Source of the DNA: Octopus vulgaris
Taxonomy: Eukaryota
DNA: 64,000 nucleotides
Direction: 5' to 3'
Assembly (NCBI GenBank): GCA_951406725.2
Contig: OX597831.1
Location: 41,974,001 to 42,038,000 of the forward strand
The translations under genes were made by a program, and so were the position numbers. The notes beneath the pieces are model-generated. The model ran no database searches, was not told the origin of the DNA, and saw only the letters and a program-made list of their open reading frames with translations. Positions 41,058 through 52,910 of this stretch are shown piece after piece. Within the stretch, counting starts at the first letter, position 1. Each line of letters begins with the position of its first letter.

Positions 41058-41106
41058 GTATGTGTGTGTGTGAGTGTGGATGTATGTATATATTTATATC
41101 TATATC

Positions 41107-41322
41107 TACGAGGGGATGTTGAAAGGTTCTTGACTTTGGGTAAAAGAAAATACAGGAGGATAATTTAATTATGGTTTAGTTCAACATATTTCCTTCACAG
41201 ATTCACACACTTATTGCAGTGGTCCTTCAGTTTTTCTAAGTCCTGAAAAGAACTCGGAAGGTTGGGCCTCCAGCTAGGCGTTTTGCGACATCCTTAAAGC
41301 CAGGAACTTTTCAACACTCATA
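41107..41322. mobile_element. mariner-type MITE
   Basis: TA-CGAGGGGATGTTGAAAGGTTCTTGACTT / AAGCCAGGAACTTTTCAACAC…TA. Confidence 0.7.
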
Positions 41323-42250
41323 TAAAATGTGTATGTGTGTGTGTGTGTGCCAAAATAAAATGTTTCGATCATTTTATTTTCCAATACTTCTACTTCAGCA
41401 GAAAACACTCAGACAAGGTGAAAGAACAACAGGTTGCATTAGGCTGGCGCTTTATATGGAGAAAATCTTAAAGCTTCTAAAGAAAAGATAGATGAGAGAG
41501 AAAAAAGTCTAAGTTAGTCGGTCAAGGCATAGCTAGCTAGCTACCTCGATCGATCAATAGATAGACAGACACACACCGACTACCTGTTGATTAAATATCT
41601 ACTTGAGATTATGAAAATTGTAACGCTAATTATAAGCACCCATCTCAGGCGGGAACGAACATCAGTCCCTTCGATGTGATACGTGCGTGCGTGCGTGCGT
41701 GTGTGTGTGTGTGTGTGTATACAAATGGATCTCCGTCGATTCCGATGAAGTTCTTGCTCAATCAGCAGAACTGCTAATACATTGAATTCGTGTATGATTG
41801 TTTGTGTATTCCACCGACATATATACCTCCCGACGTAATCTTTAAACAGGATCGATAATAATGCCTTGAAGTAGGGGTACAATACGGCGCCCGGCTACTT
41901 GCGTTGAAACCGGGACTGCGATGTAAAAGGAACATGTACCCAAAATGACAAGAGGCGGAATTGCTCTCGATATCTCTTAAAGGCGAAGCGAACTTCTTAA
42001 ACTATTGGATCATGCTACGTCTATAATATACAAGTACACAAATACACATTCTGATCATACGCATACACAGGTACATAGACACGTTAAAGGCAGCATGTAA
42101 GCTTGGCCGCAGAGCAAGTCCACGTCTTGTACTATTACTATACACACACACATGTATGCACGGATAGACTGGAAAAAGAGCAGAAACACAGGGAAATGGT
42201 GTACACTCACGCGCATGCATGTACGTTACGTGCGTGTGTATGTATGTATG

Positions 42251-42305
<55 letters not shown>

Positions 42306-42498
42306 GAAAAAGAGATGGGATGTTAAGTCGAGCAGAAACAGAGAAAAAGTAAGAGGTTATGTGCACTTAATATCAACTTACCTGACCACTAACAGGTGAA
42401 CGAAGGTAAGTTTTTAGCCAAAAAAAAGTTTATTCTGTGTCAAACGAATGTAAACAACAACGTGTTTCGTTTTTCCTTATTAGTTACTCCGAATGTAT

Positions 42499-42568
42499 TC
42501 AATATTTTGTACTCCTCTTGCGTTTAATATTTTGTACTCCTGTTGCCTTTAATATTTTGTACTCCTGA
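42499..42568. repeat. 25-bp tandem repeat, ~3 copies
   Basis: AATATTTTGTACTCCT unit. Confidence 0.9.
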
Positions 42569-43217
42569 TACAACTAACAAGGTGAAATTATAATTTTCCA
42601 GGTAAATCCTTTGTATGTAAGAAACACATGTATGTATAAATATACACAGAGACAATATATGTGTATTTTTGTTCAAATTTATATATATGCGTGTATATTT
42701 ATAAAAATATATTCATATATATATATATATGATGTGCAAATGGATGTATATGTGTATATTTATATAAATTTATTCGCATATATATATGTATATGTAGTAT
42801 ATATATATATATATATATTCTCTTCTGTATTAAATAGGTATTATATTATACATATGTATCTTCTATATTTATTTCAAGATACTGTTGCCTGTCTGTTTTA
42901 TTAAACTACATTATACAAAACATACTGTTAATATGTCATTATATGTATATATGTATCCATGTCACACGCACACACATGTATGTATATTAGACAGGCCGGC
43001 CAGCCATCGAACTATATGTGAAGTTTGACTGTGACTACTACTACTAAAACGACCACCACTATCACTACTGCTACTACTACTGTTGCTGCCGCTCTCACCT
43101 TCAAATGCTTCGAATGTAAATACTGTTTCTACTACTAAGGTATTGACAACTCAGTTTGTCTTGTAAGGGGTATTGGCAATAGTAATTTGTGGTGGATTAA
43201 CCGTATGTGTGTCGGAG

Positions 43218-43411
43218 TACAGTGGATGCCGCTTATTATAATCACAAAGTCATGGATAAGGTTATCAAATGGTTATTGTCGAAATCAGTGAGTCGCCAAA
43301 TATAAATATCTACTGGTTGTCCACTAATAGTATTTTGGACTCACTAATTTAGATAATGGTTTGATAACATTATCCATGATTATGTGATTATAGTAAACGA
43401 CATCCATTATA
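43218..43411. mobile_element. pogo/Tigger-like palindromic MITE
   Basis: TA-CAGTGGATGCCGCTTATTATAATCAC… mirrored over nearly its full length. Confidence 0.75.
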
Positions 43412-43926
43412 CTATACCTCTGCTGATTGTTAGCTAAAATGTGTTTATATACCAAAAGGTGATCACTATAAGCAGCTCAGATTATATATGTGTGTGTGAG
43501 AGAGAGAGACAGGCATATTCTCCGTATGGAATAAACTTCGTAGTGCTCAAGGGATTTAAACTGGAGCAGGTATAGAAGTAAATGTAAGGACGAGTAAGTT
43601 AGGCAAGCCGATATACAAAAATATGTACATATATTTACATATAAAATAGTCCGACTAACACAACAGAAATGATATCAAGGATTAAAAGAGGTGAATAAGA
43701 AGTTTTAAGAATCCAACAGTTGTTTCTGGGGGCTTGGTGGTCGAAAATAATGATTGTAAATTGATTCTATCATTGGATAATACCTGCGGAGAAGAATTTT
43801 ACATTTGAGGTGATATAAAAGACTGAAAGATGTATGTATGTATGTATGTATGTATGTATGTATGTATGTATGTATGTATGTATGTATGTATGTATGTATG
43901 TGTGTATGTATGTATGTATGTGTGTA

Positions 43927-43959
<33 letters not shown>

Positions 43960-43989
43960 ATGATGTATGTATGTATGTATGTTTGATGT

Positions 43990-44029
<40 letters not shown>

Positions 44030-44642
44030 CTGTATGTCTGTATGTATGTATTATTTATGTGTGTATGTGTGTGTGTGTGTGTGCGAGTAAAAATTTAAGT
44101 TATTTTTTTCTTTGCTTATGTGTTCTTTGGCATCACCATTCCATAAAATGTGTTTATGGGAAGAAAATTTGTTTTCATTTTTACCTGAAAAGATGTCTCC
44201 CTTCATTCCGAAGATGTTTCTGAAAAAAAAAAAAGTTGAAAAAAATCTCCGTCAAAACGGAGAAATTCCAACTTATGCGGGCTGGTCTAATCCGAGACTC
44301 CATTTTCCAGAAACTCCTACCCACCACCTTCCAAAAACATTTTGCCAAAAAATTTCTTTGTAATCGTAATCTACACCGTTTGAAAGGTATTTGTATGAAA
44401 TTTCATTAAAAGATACCCATTTTCCGGAAAGTTATGAGTAGGAAAATGTCAGGTGGTGTAAATTTTCCGAAACTCCTCTCCCCAACCTCCCAGAAAAAAT
44501 TTTACCAACAAATCTTTAGATGTGCTCAATCTACAGGATCTAAGCGATTATTTGCTGAATGTTTTGTTAAAAAGCATCTATTTTACTGGAACTTATGAGG
44601 TAACAAAGTCAGTGGGGTATACATCTATAGTTATGCCGTATG

Positions 44643-44674
<32 letters not shown>

Positions 44675-44756
44675 CATATATATAATATAATATAATATAT
44701 ATGTATGTATATGAGAATGGAATAAGTGAATGAAGAACACACACGAAAAGGAAAAG

Positions 44757-44801
44757 TGTCGCTGAAGAGGTCACAGATGTGTGACGAAAGATTTCCGGAC
44801 A
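44757..44801 (+). ncRNA. minimal type I hammerhead ribozyme candidate with intact core
   Basis: TGTCG|CTGAAGA|G|GTCACA-gatg-TGTGAC|GAAA|GATT|TC|CGGACA. Perfect 6-bp stem II, UUC triplet, near-palindromic mini stem III. Confidence 0.7.
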
Positions 44802-44986
44802 ATGGACATGAGTTAAAATAATAACATAAGAAAAGTAATAAACCAGTGAAGAAAAAATATATATAGTGCGTGTGTTTATTTGGAAAAAAAATGACCATCT
44901 GGAAATACAACAATATTTGTTTCAACACACGATTTCACATCAGGAATCTTGCAAAACGAATTCATAAACGTATGTGTATATATTCA

Positions 44987-45031
<45 letters not shown>

Positions 45032-45231
45032 ATGTAAATTTTCCTTTCTTTATAGACGTGAGTTCGTGTTCCACCTGCAGCCTTCGACTTTTTCTATTCA
45101 AACTGGTTTTTCAACCCTGTTTACAATGTTACCCTCTTTGGCAGTTTTCCAAAACAGAATTATTTCACGGTCCCGCGAAACTTCTTAAAATTCTTAAGAC
45201 ATCAACAATATCAATCTATTTATTTTGTCTA

Positions 45232-45274
<43 letters not shown>

Positions 45275-45629
45275 CATATACACACACTGGTTGTAAAACA
45301 AAATTTTTGTACACTTAGCACACACGTGTGTATGTTAGCCGCATTTAAGATGTACACCTCTAAAGTGATCGCTGGAACATCAACAAACAACAATTTAATA
45401 TCTGTCAAATCATGACTTTAATGAGAAGGAACAAGTTCACATTAGATAATGCTGTTTCAAACACACCATATTGGAAGAAAAGACGGGGAAGTCACGAATG
45501 AAACACCTTTCATCGTAAGTCTACTCGTTGAGTGCTGACCTAGCGTTAGAGAAGTAACAGGTGTGTGTAGTATCAGTCTCAATAATATACACACACAGAC
45601 ATATCCACATATATACATATCCATTCAGA

Positions 45630-45949
45630 ATAAATTTAACAATTAAGGATAACTTCTTAATAAGGAATCTTAACAAGAAATTATCAGGTAGTTAGCGTGA
45701 AAAACCTCATAAGAGAAAAATTCGAAAATAATTTTTTTCTTTTGAACATATTAATTTATATTGTATAGAGGGCATTATTACACATAAATGCCTCACACTA
45801 AGAGGGACATAAGTCATTACTACCAAAATTTCACAAATCGTACCTAATGCAGTTTTTCACTGCATTAGGTACGATTAATGAAATTTGGTAGTAATGACTT
45901 ATGTCCCTCTTAGTGTGAGGCATTTATGTGTAATAATGCCCTCTATACA
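45630..45949. mobile_element. retroelement-like insertion with a terminal fold-back and 17-bp TSD
   Basis: Direct repeat ATACATATCCATTCAGA at 45613 and 45950; ~92-bp-arm hairpin at 45760-45952. Confidence 0.75.
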
Positions 45950-46354
45950 ATACATATCCATTCAGATAGACAGATAGATAGATAGATAGATAGTTTCATT
46001 TGCTTCAGTCATTTCACTGCAGCCTATGCTGGGGCACCGTCTTTAGGAAGTTTTACTCCCTTTCATCGATCCAAGTTATTATTTCAGTCTTGTCGCCACT
46101 ATCGAACAGAGAGAAGTTACGAGACAGAGACACAACACAAACGTATACATATGCATATAGAAATACACATAAACATGCACACACACATACACCCTCTCTC
46201 TCACACACATATTGAGTGATTTATTGACTTCTTTACTGATATATATATGTATATACACAGACACACGTCTGTGTATATTATAACTTTTTTGCAGCTTACT
46301 CCCCTATATGCTTCCAACTCAATGTATCATAATAATGTGAATGTGTTCATAGTT

Positions 46355-47033
46355 CATGCGTTTCTCTCCCTCTCTTTCTGAGAGTTTGTCTCTTTTTATT
46401 TCGCTTGCTACTCCTTCCTTCCTCTCTCTTCTCACCTTATCTTCCTCTTCCGTTCCCTCTCTCACGTCTCTTTTATATATTTCTCATTCTTATTGCTTCA
46501 GTTTCAGGAGTGCCTTTTCTTTTTCTCTCTCTCTCTCTCTCTTTCTTACTTTCTTTCCCTGTTAGTATCTCTCTCTCCGTATTTCTTCTATTATTCCCTC
46601 CTACACCTTATTTTCTACTCTCTCCCTCTCTCTCTATGTTTATTTCTATTTCTCCACTTACTCCTTCACTTAACCTCGTTTTATGCCCCGCCATTCTTTA
46701 TCTCTTTATTTTATTTTTCTCGCTGTTCCTCTTAAACTTTCTTTTCTTTTCCCTCCTTTCTCTCTCCTCTTCTCTTTCTCTCTCTCTCTTAATGTGTTAC
46801 TCTTCTATTCCGCCTACTCTTACCTTCATTTTCTCCTCTTTCTTTTCCCCCGCTGTCTATTTATCTTTCTTTTTAAACCTATTTTTTTCCTCTATTTATT
46901 TCTCTTTCTCTTACACTTTCTTCCTTTACTTCCTACTGTCTCCCACCCTCTCTTTCTCTCATATTCTCTTACTATTTTTTCCACTTCCCGCTTTTACTTA
47001 CCACTCTCTACCATTCTCTCCTTTCCTTTCCCC
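46355..47033. repeat. ~680-bp pyrimidine-rich low-complexity tract
   Basis: Strongly C/T-rich on the plus strand. Confidence 0.9.
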
Positions 47034-48641
47034 AGATCTTTCAATTTCTGTTCGAATTGATTTCATATTCGGTGGAATGATATACTTTTATATTCTAATC
47101 AATACCATGAAAATCATTTTTGCCATATATCAATAAATAAAAAGTATATTAGCTATAAAAGTTTGAAAATTTTGAGTAATTTTAGCCAATCGTAAGCTAC
47201 AGACACATTCATGTTTGTTTCCATAGTAATAAGCTAAACATGAGAACTCTTGTCTGCGAGTTTTAACAAATATATTTGCGTCCCTGAGGTGGTTGACGTA
47301 TGTGCCAAAAATAGCAGCTAAATAGTTCTTAAATCACGCACCAGAAAAGGGTGTTATACCCAAAAGAAAGTTATGCAAAACGAAGAAGCATTTTATGAGT
47401 ACAAAAAACGTGGTGAGAATATGTACTGGCGATGCTCGCACCATGGATGCATGGAGTATGTGACAGTGGGGAAAAACACATGATTTGAAGGCGGAACCCT
47501 CCATCTTAGGAGTGTAGTGCTTTTCTTTTACTCATGGGTTAAGGAATTGTCTTCAGTCCGGTTCTCTGTCATCCAGTTAAGGTTGGTTGTCCTTCGAAGA
47601 TTGTTGACATCGATGAAACAGTCTTCTCTACCGAGGAAGAGTTCAGTTTGAGCAGTGGGTTTTCGGAGGCGTGTGTCTCGAGACCAGACAGGTTTTTCTT
47701 TGTGTGGTGCCATGTCGGAATCGTAACACACTGGAGGAATGCATACGTCACTCGATTCTTCCCAAGAACCACAGTTTTCAGCGATTTGTGGAGGGCGTAC
47801 TCTCACATTTCTGAAAATTGATGGTTACAATTTTGAGAATAGAACGGTGAACCACAGCATTGGGGTTGTTATCTCGAAAGATGGTACCCACACTACTCAA
47901 CAAGAGTACGTGGACCTCTGTAAAGCAAGGTAATAAAGGACGCTGTGGCACTCGGCGTTCTATGGTAGATTCATATCTCTGTGGCGCAGGAGATATGTGA
48001 ATTGGGGGCATTCTTTCGATATAACTCGACAAAATCAAAACACTTCGCTTCGGGTATTTCCGTGGAAGCAAATGTCAGTTCGATTCTGTTTTCTGCTTGG
48101 AAATTTGCGGATATATTGTAATGTGCTGTTTATCGCATTTTGAATGCTTAAAACTACAAAATACGTGTTGTTTACTCGTTCTCTTCTCAACGATGTGGTT
48201 GTAAGGTGTGCTAAAAATAACAGCTAAATAGGCCTTACATCACGTACCCACACATTTCCCCCCCAGCATAATCGTATGAATTCTCACGTGTAGAATACAA
48301 ATTCGCAAAAATTTTCTGAAAATTCCCAAAATGTAAGTTATGTGGTATTACATGTCGTGCGTAATTCATTTGTTTATGGTTTCATATAAAAAAACACGTG
48401 TTAATTTCAGGATGTTGACAAAATGTACAGTCACGCACAAAATGACAGCTTCCAAATCCTGTTTCCTGACTGGGTGAAAACTTATTAAACTTTAAACCTC
48501 TATAACTTTTTTTAAAATTTTTTCTCAAAAAAATGAAATACCTCCAGCAATTTAGCTTGAAAAACTACATAAGTGTGCTACATTTTAAAATTTTCAATAA
48601 ATTTGATTTTTGAAACCTTGGCAACCAAACAGAAGAGATCC
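47034..48641 (+). mobile_element. putative full-length decayed Merlin transposon
   Basis: Ends AGATCTTT…AGAGATCC, TSD CTTTCCCC/CTCTCCCC; contains a Merlin transposase pseudogene. TIR identity beyond ~10 bp is weak. Confidence 0.65.
47340..48055 (+). pseudogene. Merlin (IS1595/ISXO2-like DDE) transposase
   Basis: YWRC…C; VKVGCPSKIVDIDETVFS; EQWVFGGVCLET; TVFSDLWRAY; TVNHS; DGTHT; DSYL..WRRRY; multiple frameshifts. Confidence 0.88.
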
Positions 48642-48695
48642 CTCTCCCCGCATCTCTCCTGTTATATCTCCCTTTTTTTCGTTTTCTTCTTTCGC

Positions 48696-48932
48696 ATACC
48701 TATTTCTTTATTACCCACAAGGGGCTAAACACAGAGGGGACAAACAAGGACAGACATAGGTATTAAGTCGATTACATCGACCCCAGTGCGTAACTGGTAC
48801 CCAATTTATCGACCCCGAAAGGATGAAAGGCAAAGTCGACCTCGGCGGAATTCGAACTCACAACGTAACGCAGACGAAATACCTATTTCTTTATTACCCA
48901 CAAGGGGCTAAACACAGAGGAGACAAACAAGG
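48696..48932 (-). mobile_element. family B SINE chimera (T2 tail fragment into a T2 copy)
   Basis: Junction AAAGAAATA|GGTATTTCGTC. Confidence 0.85.
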
Positions 48933-49562
48933 ATTTGCCTAAGGCTATACAACAGTCTTTGAAATAAACCGACGAAGAAAACAACTACGCGGTCAATTGA
49001 TATGCTAAAAATAACAGCCAAACTTCCACTCACATTATTCATCGTCTGTATTAAAAACTTGACGTACACATTGGATAATGTAGTCCTTAGATAGACAAGG
49101 AGAGACAGAGAGAGAAATATTAAGAGTGGGCAAAAACAGAGGTGAGAGTAGAGAGTAGCGGGTGATGTTTTCTTGGAACCCTCTCAAAAGTTTTGGTTGG
49201 GTCCAAATATCATCTCAAAACCAAAATTTCCGCAAATTGAATGCGATAACCTTCATATACATATCCCTTGAAGGTTGATAACTCCCACAAAACGACAAAA
49301 GATCGCATTTTAATATATATAATGCATAATTTTGAATGAAACTATATAAAAACAATAACTTAAATTTATTGATATAAAATAAGCTTATTCTAATAAAAAA
49401 ATTTTTTTGCAAGAATGCAGAAATCCAAGATAGCGGTCAAAATTCACTAGGAAGTAGGATGTTAGTGAGCTTCGAGTAGTTCATAGAAGGTTTAAAAAAA
49501 AAGACTTTCAGGAACAGTAGTGGTTTGTTGACATAGAAGGTTGTAAATTATTCCCATATATA

Positions 49563-49915
49563 GGCGTAGGAGTGGCTATGTGGTAAGTAGCTTGCTTACA
49601 AACCACATGGTTCTGGGTTCAGTCCCTCTGCGTGGCACCTTGAGCAAGTGTCTTCTTCTATAGCCTCGAGCTGAGTGGATTTGGTAGACGGAAACTGAAA
49701 AGAAGCCTGTCGTATATTTGTTTGTCCCTCCAGCATCGCTTGACAACCGATGCTGTGTGTATACGTCCCCGTAACTTAGCGGTTTGGCAAAAGAGACCGA
49801 TAGAATAAGTACTAGGCTTACAAAGAATAAGTCCTGGGGTCGATTTGTTCGATCGACTAAAGGTGGTGCTCCAGCATGGCCACAGTCAAATGACTGAAAC
49901 AAGTAAAAGAGTAAA
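49563..49915 (+). mobile_element. SINE family A (internal microsatellite deleted)
   Basis: Motif match. Confidence 0.9.
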
Positions 49916-50118
49916 TAGTATATCAAAGTTCAATAAGCTATGTATATATAAAGAGAGAGAGGGAGCAAGCAAAGACGAATGGAGAGTTTTGAACATCACT
50001 ACATGCGATTCAATTGAGTGGTTTAATTCAAATACAAATCCGTTACATAGTATGAATTCTAATGTTAAACAGCCACCATTTCATCAAGTGATATTCTACC
50101 TAATGTATAAGTTGAAAA

Positions 50119-50291
50119 GGCGCAGGAGTGGCTGTGTGGTATGTAGCTTGCTAACCAACCACATGGTTCCGGGTTCAGTCCCACTGCGTGGCATCTTGGG
50201 CAAGTGTCTTCTGCTATAGCCCCGGGCCGACCAATGCCTTGTGAGTGGATTTGGTTGACGGAAACTGAAAGAAGCCTGTCGTATATATGTG

Positions 50292-50322
<31 letters not shown>

Positions 50323-50525
50323 TTGTGTGCCTGTGTTTGTCCCCCTAGCATTGCTTGACAACTGATGCTGGTGTGTTTACGTCCCCGTCACTTAGCGGTT
50401 CGGCGAAAGAGACCGATAGAATAAGTACTGGGCTTACAAAAGAATAAGTCCCGGGGTCGATTTGCTCAACTAAAGGCGGTGCACCAGCATGGCCGCAGTC
50501 AAATGACTGAAACAAGTAAAAGAGT
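50119..50525 (+). mobile_element. SINE family A
   Basis: Near-identical to 39051. Confidence 0.92.
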
Positions 50526-51604
50526 ATGTGTGCATGCAGGCATACATACATAAATACATAGGTACATGCACACACACACATGTATAGTCTAAAGCAATAG
50601 ACTAGTGGAATGGATTGTTACAGTGTTGGCTGGGATGGCCTTGCAGTATTTGTTCCGTTTGTTTGCATTTGAGTTCAAATCCCGCGAAAGCCTACTTGAA
50701 TTTCCTTTTTCTGATTTTAACAGTCACCTAGTCCTTGGGTGCCTTTAGCGGAATCCACCCAGTTTCAAGCTTTCTAGTCAAATCCCACAGTCACTCCGAA
50801 TGTCGGACCTCATTATTACCGACAATATTTCCTAGTGAAAGCACATCCTTACTATGTCTAGGGTTGCATCCTAAAGACAAGCTCTTTTTTTTTACAGAAC
50901 CCAAAAAGTCTCCAGTAATTGCTGGTATTCTAAAAAAAGTTCAAGGTAACCCCACCTTGGGGTACTGCCTCTATAGAGAGACCGGTTCAACTGTTGCACA
51001 CACAGACATCCTCTCAGGTTAGAATATGACATGTATATATTCAAGCAAGAGGTTTGAGTTGTTACATGAGTATAGATCATAAGAAGGTACACTGCAGATA
51101 TTTCCTTACAGCTGTTTCAAGAAAAGATGTGCAGATGATATGTAGCTGGGAAGAGGTGAGAAGGACGGTCTCACTAAGCAACACTTCTGGGTCTGCTACA
51201 TGAGCCTGTATAGAATGAAAAGGAGCAAGGGGATGGAAAAGTCAAGGGTTACACCCAGCGGCACACTTTCTAACCATGCCATGCATATGATATAATATTT
51301 TAATAAAATTTATTGTAATAAAATACAACAAAGTAACCTTTATTCTTTGACCTATTTTCAATATGTCAAATATTTGCTTTGATTAATTGTTGGTTCTGTT
51401 TGCGGTTACATTGTTCATAAGCATTCCACACACGCTTACCACACATGCGCGTACACACAACACCTGCAGACACACACATACACACACGCAAACATTTGTT
51501 GTTTTTGCTTAATTTGAACACATACATGCATACACACATTTGTGTGTGCATACGTATGAGTGTATGTATGGATGGGTATGCATATGTGCATGTGCCAGCG
51601 TATG

Positions 51605-51651
<47 letters not shown>

Positions 51652-52156
51652 GTGTGTATATATATATAAATGTACGTGTGTTTATGTATGTATGTATATG
51701 TGTGTCTGTGTAAGTATGTGTATGTATATATATATATATATGTGCGTGCGTGTATGTATGTATGTATGCATGTATTTTGTTGCAGGAAGATACAGGAAAA
51801 ACCAATGGTTTGCATTGGTGATATTGTTCTGTTCCAGGTTATTTCTGCTGAAAGTAAGTACATGATTGAAACGTTCTAGCCATGCCCATCCTGTCTCATT
51901 TCAATTCGTTATTCAGCATATCTTTTTTTCTTTTTTTTGCAGATGTCAAGTTACAATTCCAGCAAAATTTAGCTGTTATTTCAAACAGGTAAAGCAATCA
52001 TATTGAGACACATTTATTAGGTAATTAAAGAGAGAGAGAGAGAGTGAGTGAGAGTGAAAGTCAGACAGACAGAGTTTGTGTGTATGTGAGTGTGTCTGCA
52101 CGCGTATGCTTGTGCTTGTGCATATGTGTATGCAGCTATATATGTATGCATATTTA

Positions 52157-52515
52157 AGATCTTTACCTTTTGACCGACAGATTTAAAAAATAATTTTTTG
52201 TAACTAAACACTTGCAAATTTCGGACACTGGTAGAATGTGTCATATAAAACATCTTTTACTCTTAACGTTTTTGATAAAAGCTTAAATTTAGGAAGTTGT
52301 TTCACATTAAAGTTGTAGTATTTCGGTAATTTCAACCAATCAATGATGTGTATTCAGCTGAATAAAATTACTGTTGTTTGTCAACAAGAACTTCCGGCAG
52401 TGTATACTTCGTTTGTCACTGTTATTCATGACATCATTCGTGCATTTGTATTGGTTTTAGCCTCAGGGTTTTAGGGTTAGTGTGTTAGGGTTAGGATTTT
52501 AGGGTTAGGGTTTTG
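52157..52515 (+). mobile_element. half copy of Merlin-like MITE B ending in TTAGGG repeats
   Basis: AGATCTTTACCTTTTGACCGACAG start. Confidence 0.82.
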
Positions 52516-52715
52516 TGAATCAGTTTAACTAGATCCGCCATACCTGTGCCTTTCTTTATTTTTTTAAAATTGAAAAGCGGAAGCCAAACAGAGATATTCT
52601 AAATAAAAATATACACAGCATTTTTAAGATATAATGAAAAAATTTAAGGAAGGAGGTAGTTATCAAAAACTCAAAAAGAAAAAAATACACAACTTTTAGT
52701 GCCTAGTTCTGTATA

Positions 52716-52910
52716 TTGATTTCAAATTTTGGTACAAGTCCAGCAATTTTGGGAGATGGGGAGAATTGATTACATCGACCCCAGTGCTTAACTGGCACTT
52801 ATTTTATTGTCTATAGAAGGATGAAACGCAAAGTCAGCAAAATTTTGAACTCAGAACTTAAGATGAATGAAATGTGCTAAGCTAACAATTTTGCCAGCTC
52901 ACTGCCTTAC
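52716..52910 (-). mobile_element. old family B SINE
   Basis: Diverged core and T1-like tail. Confidence 0.7.

Noticed and set aside
41720-41940. Possible host exon
   Set aside because: Complex sequence, but no recognisable domain or convincing splice pair.
46405-47136. 243-aa hydrophobic 'membrane protein' ORF
   Set aside because: Product of a C/T-rich tract lacking stops.
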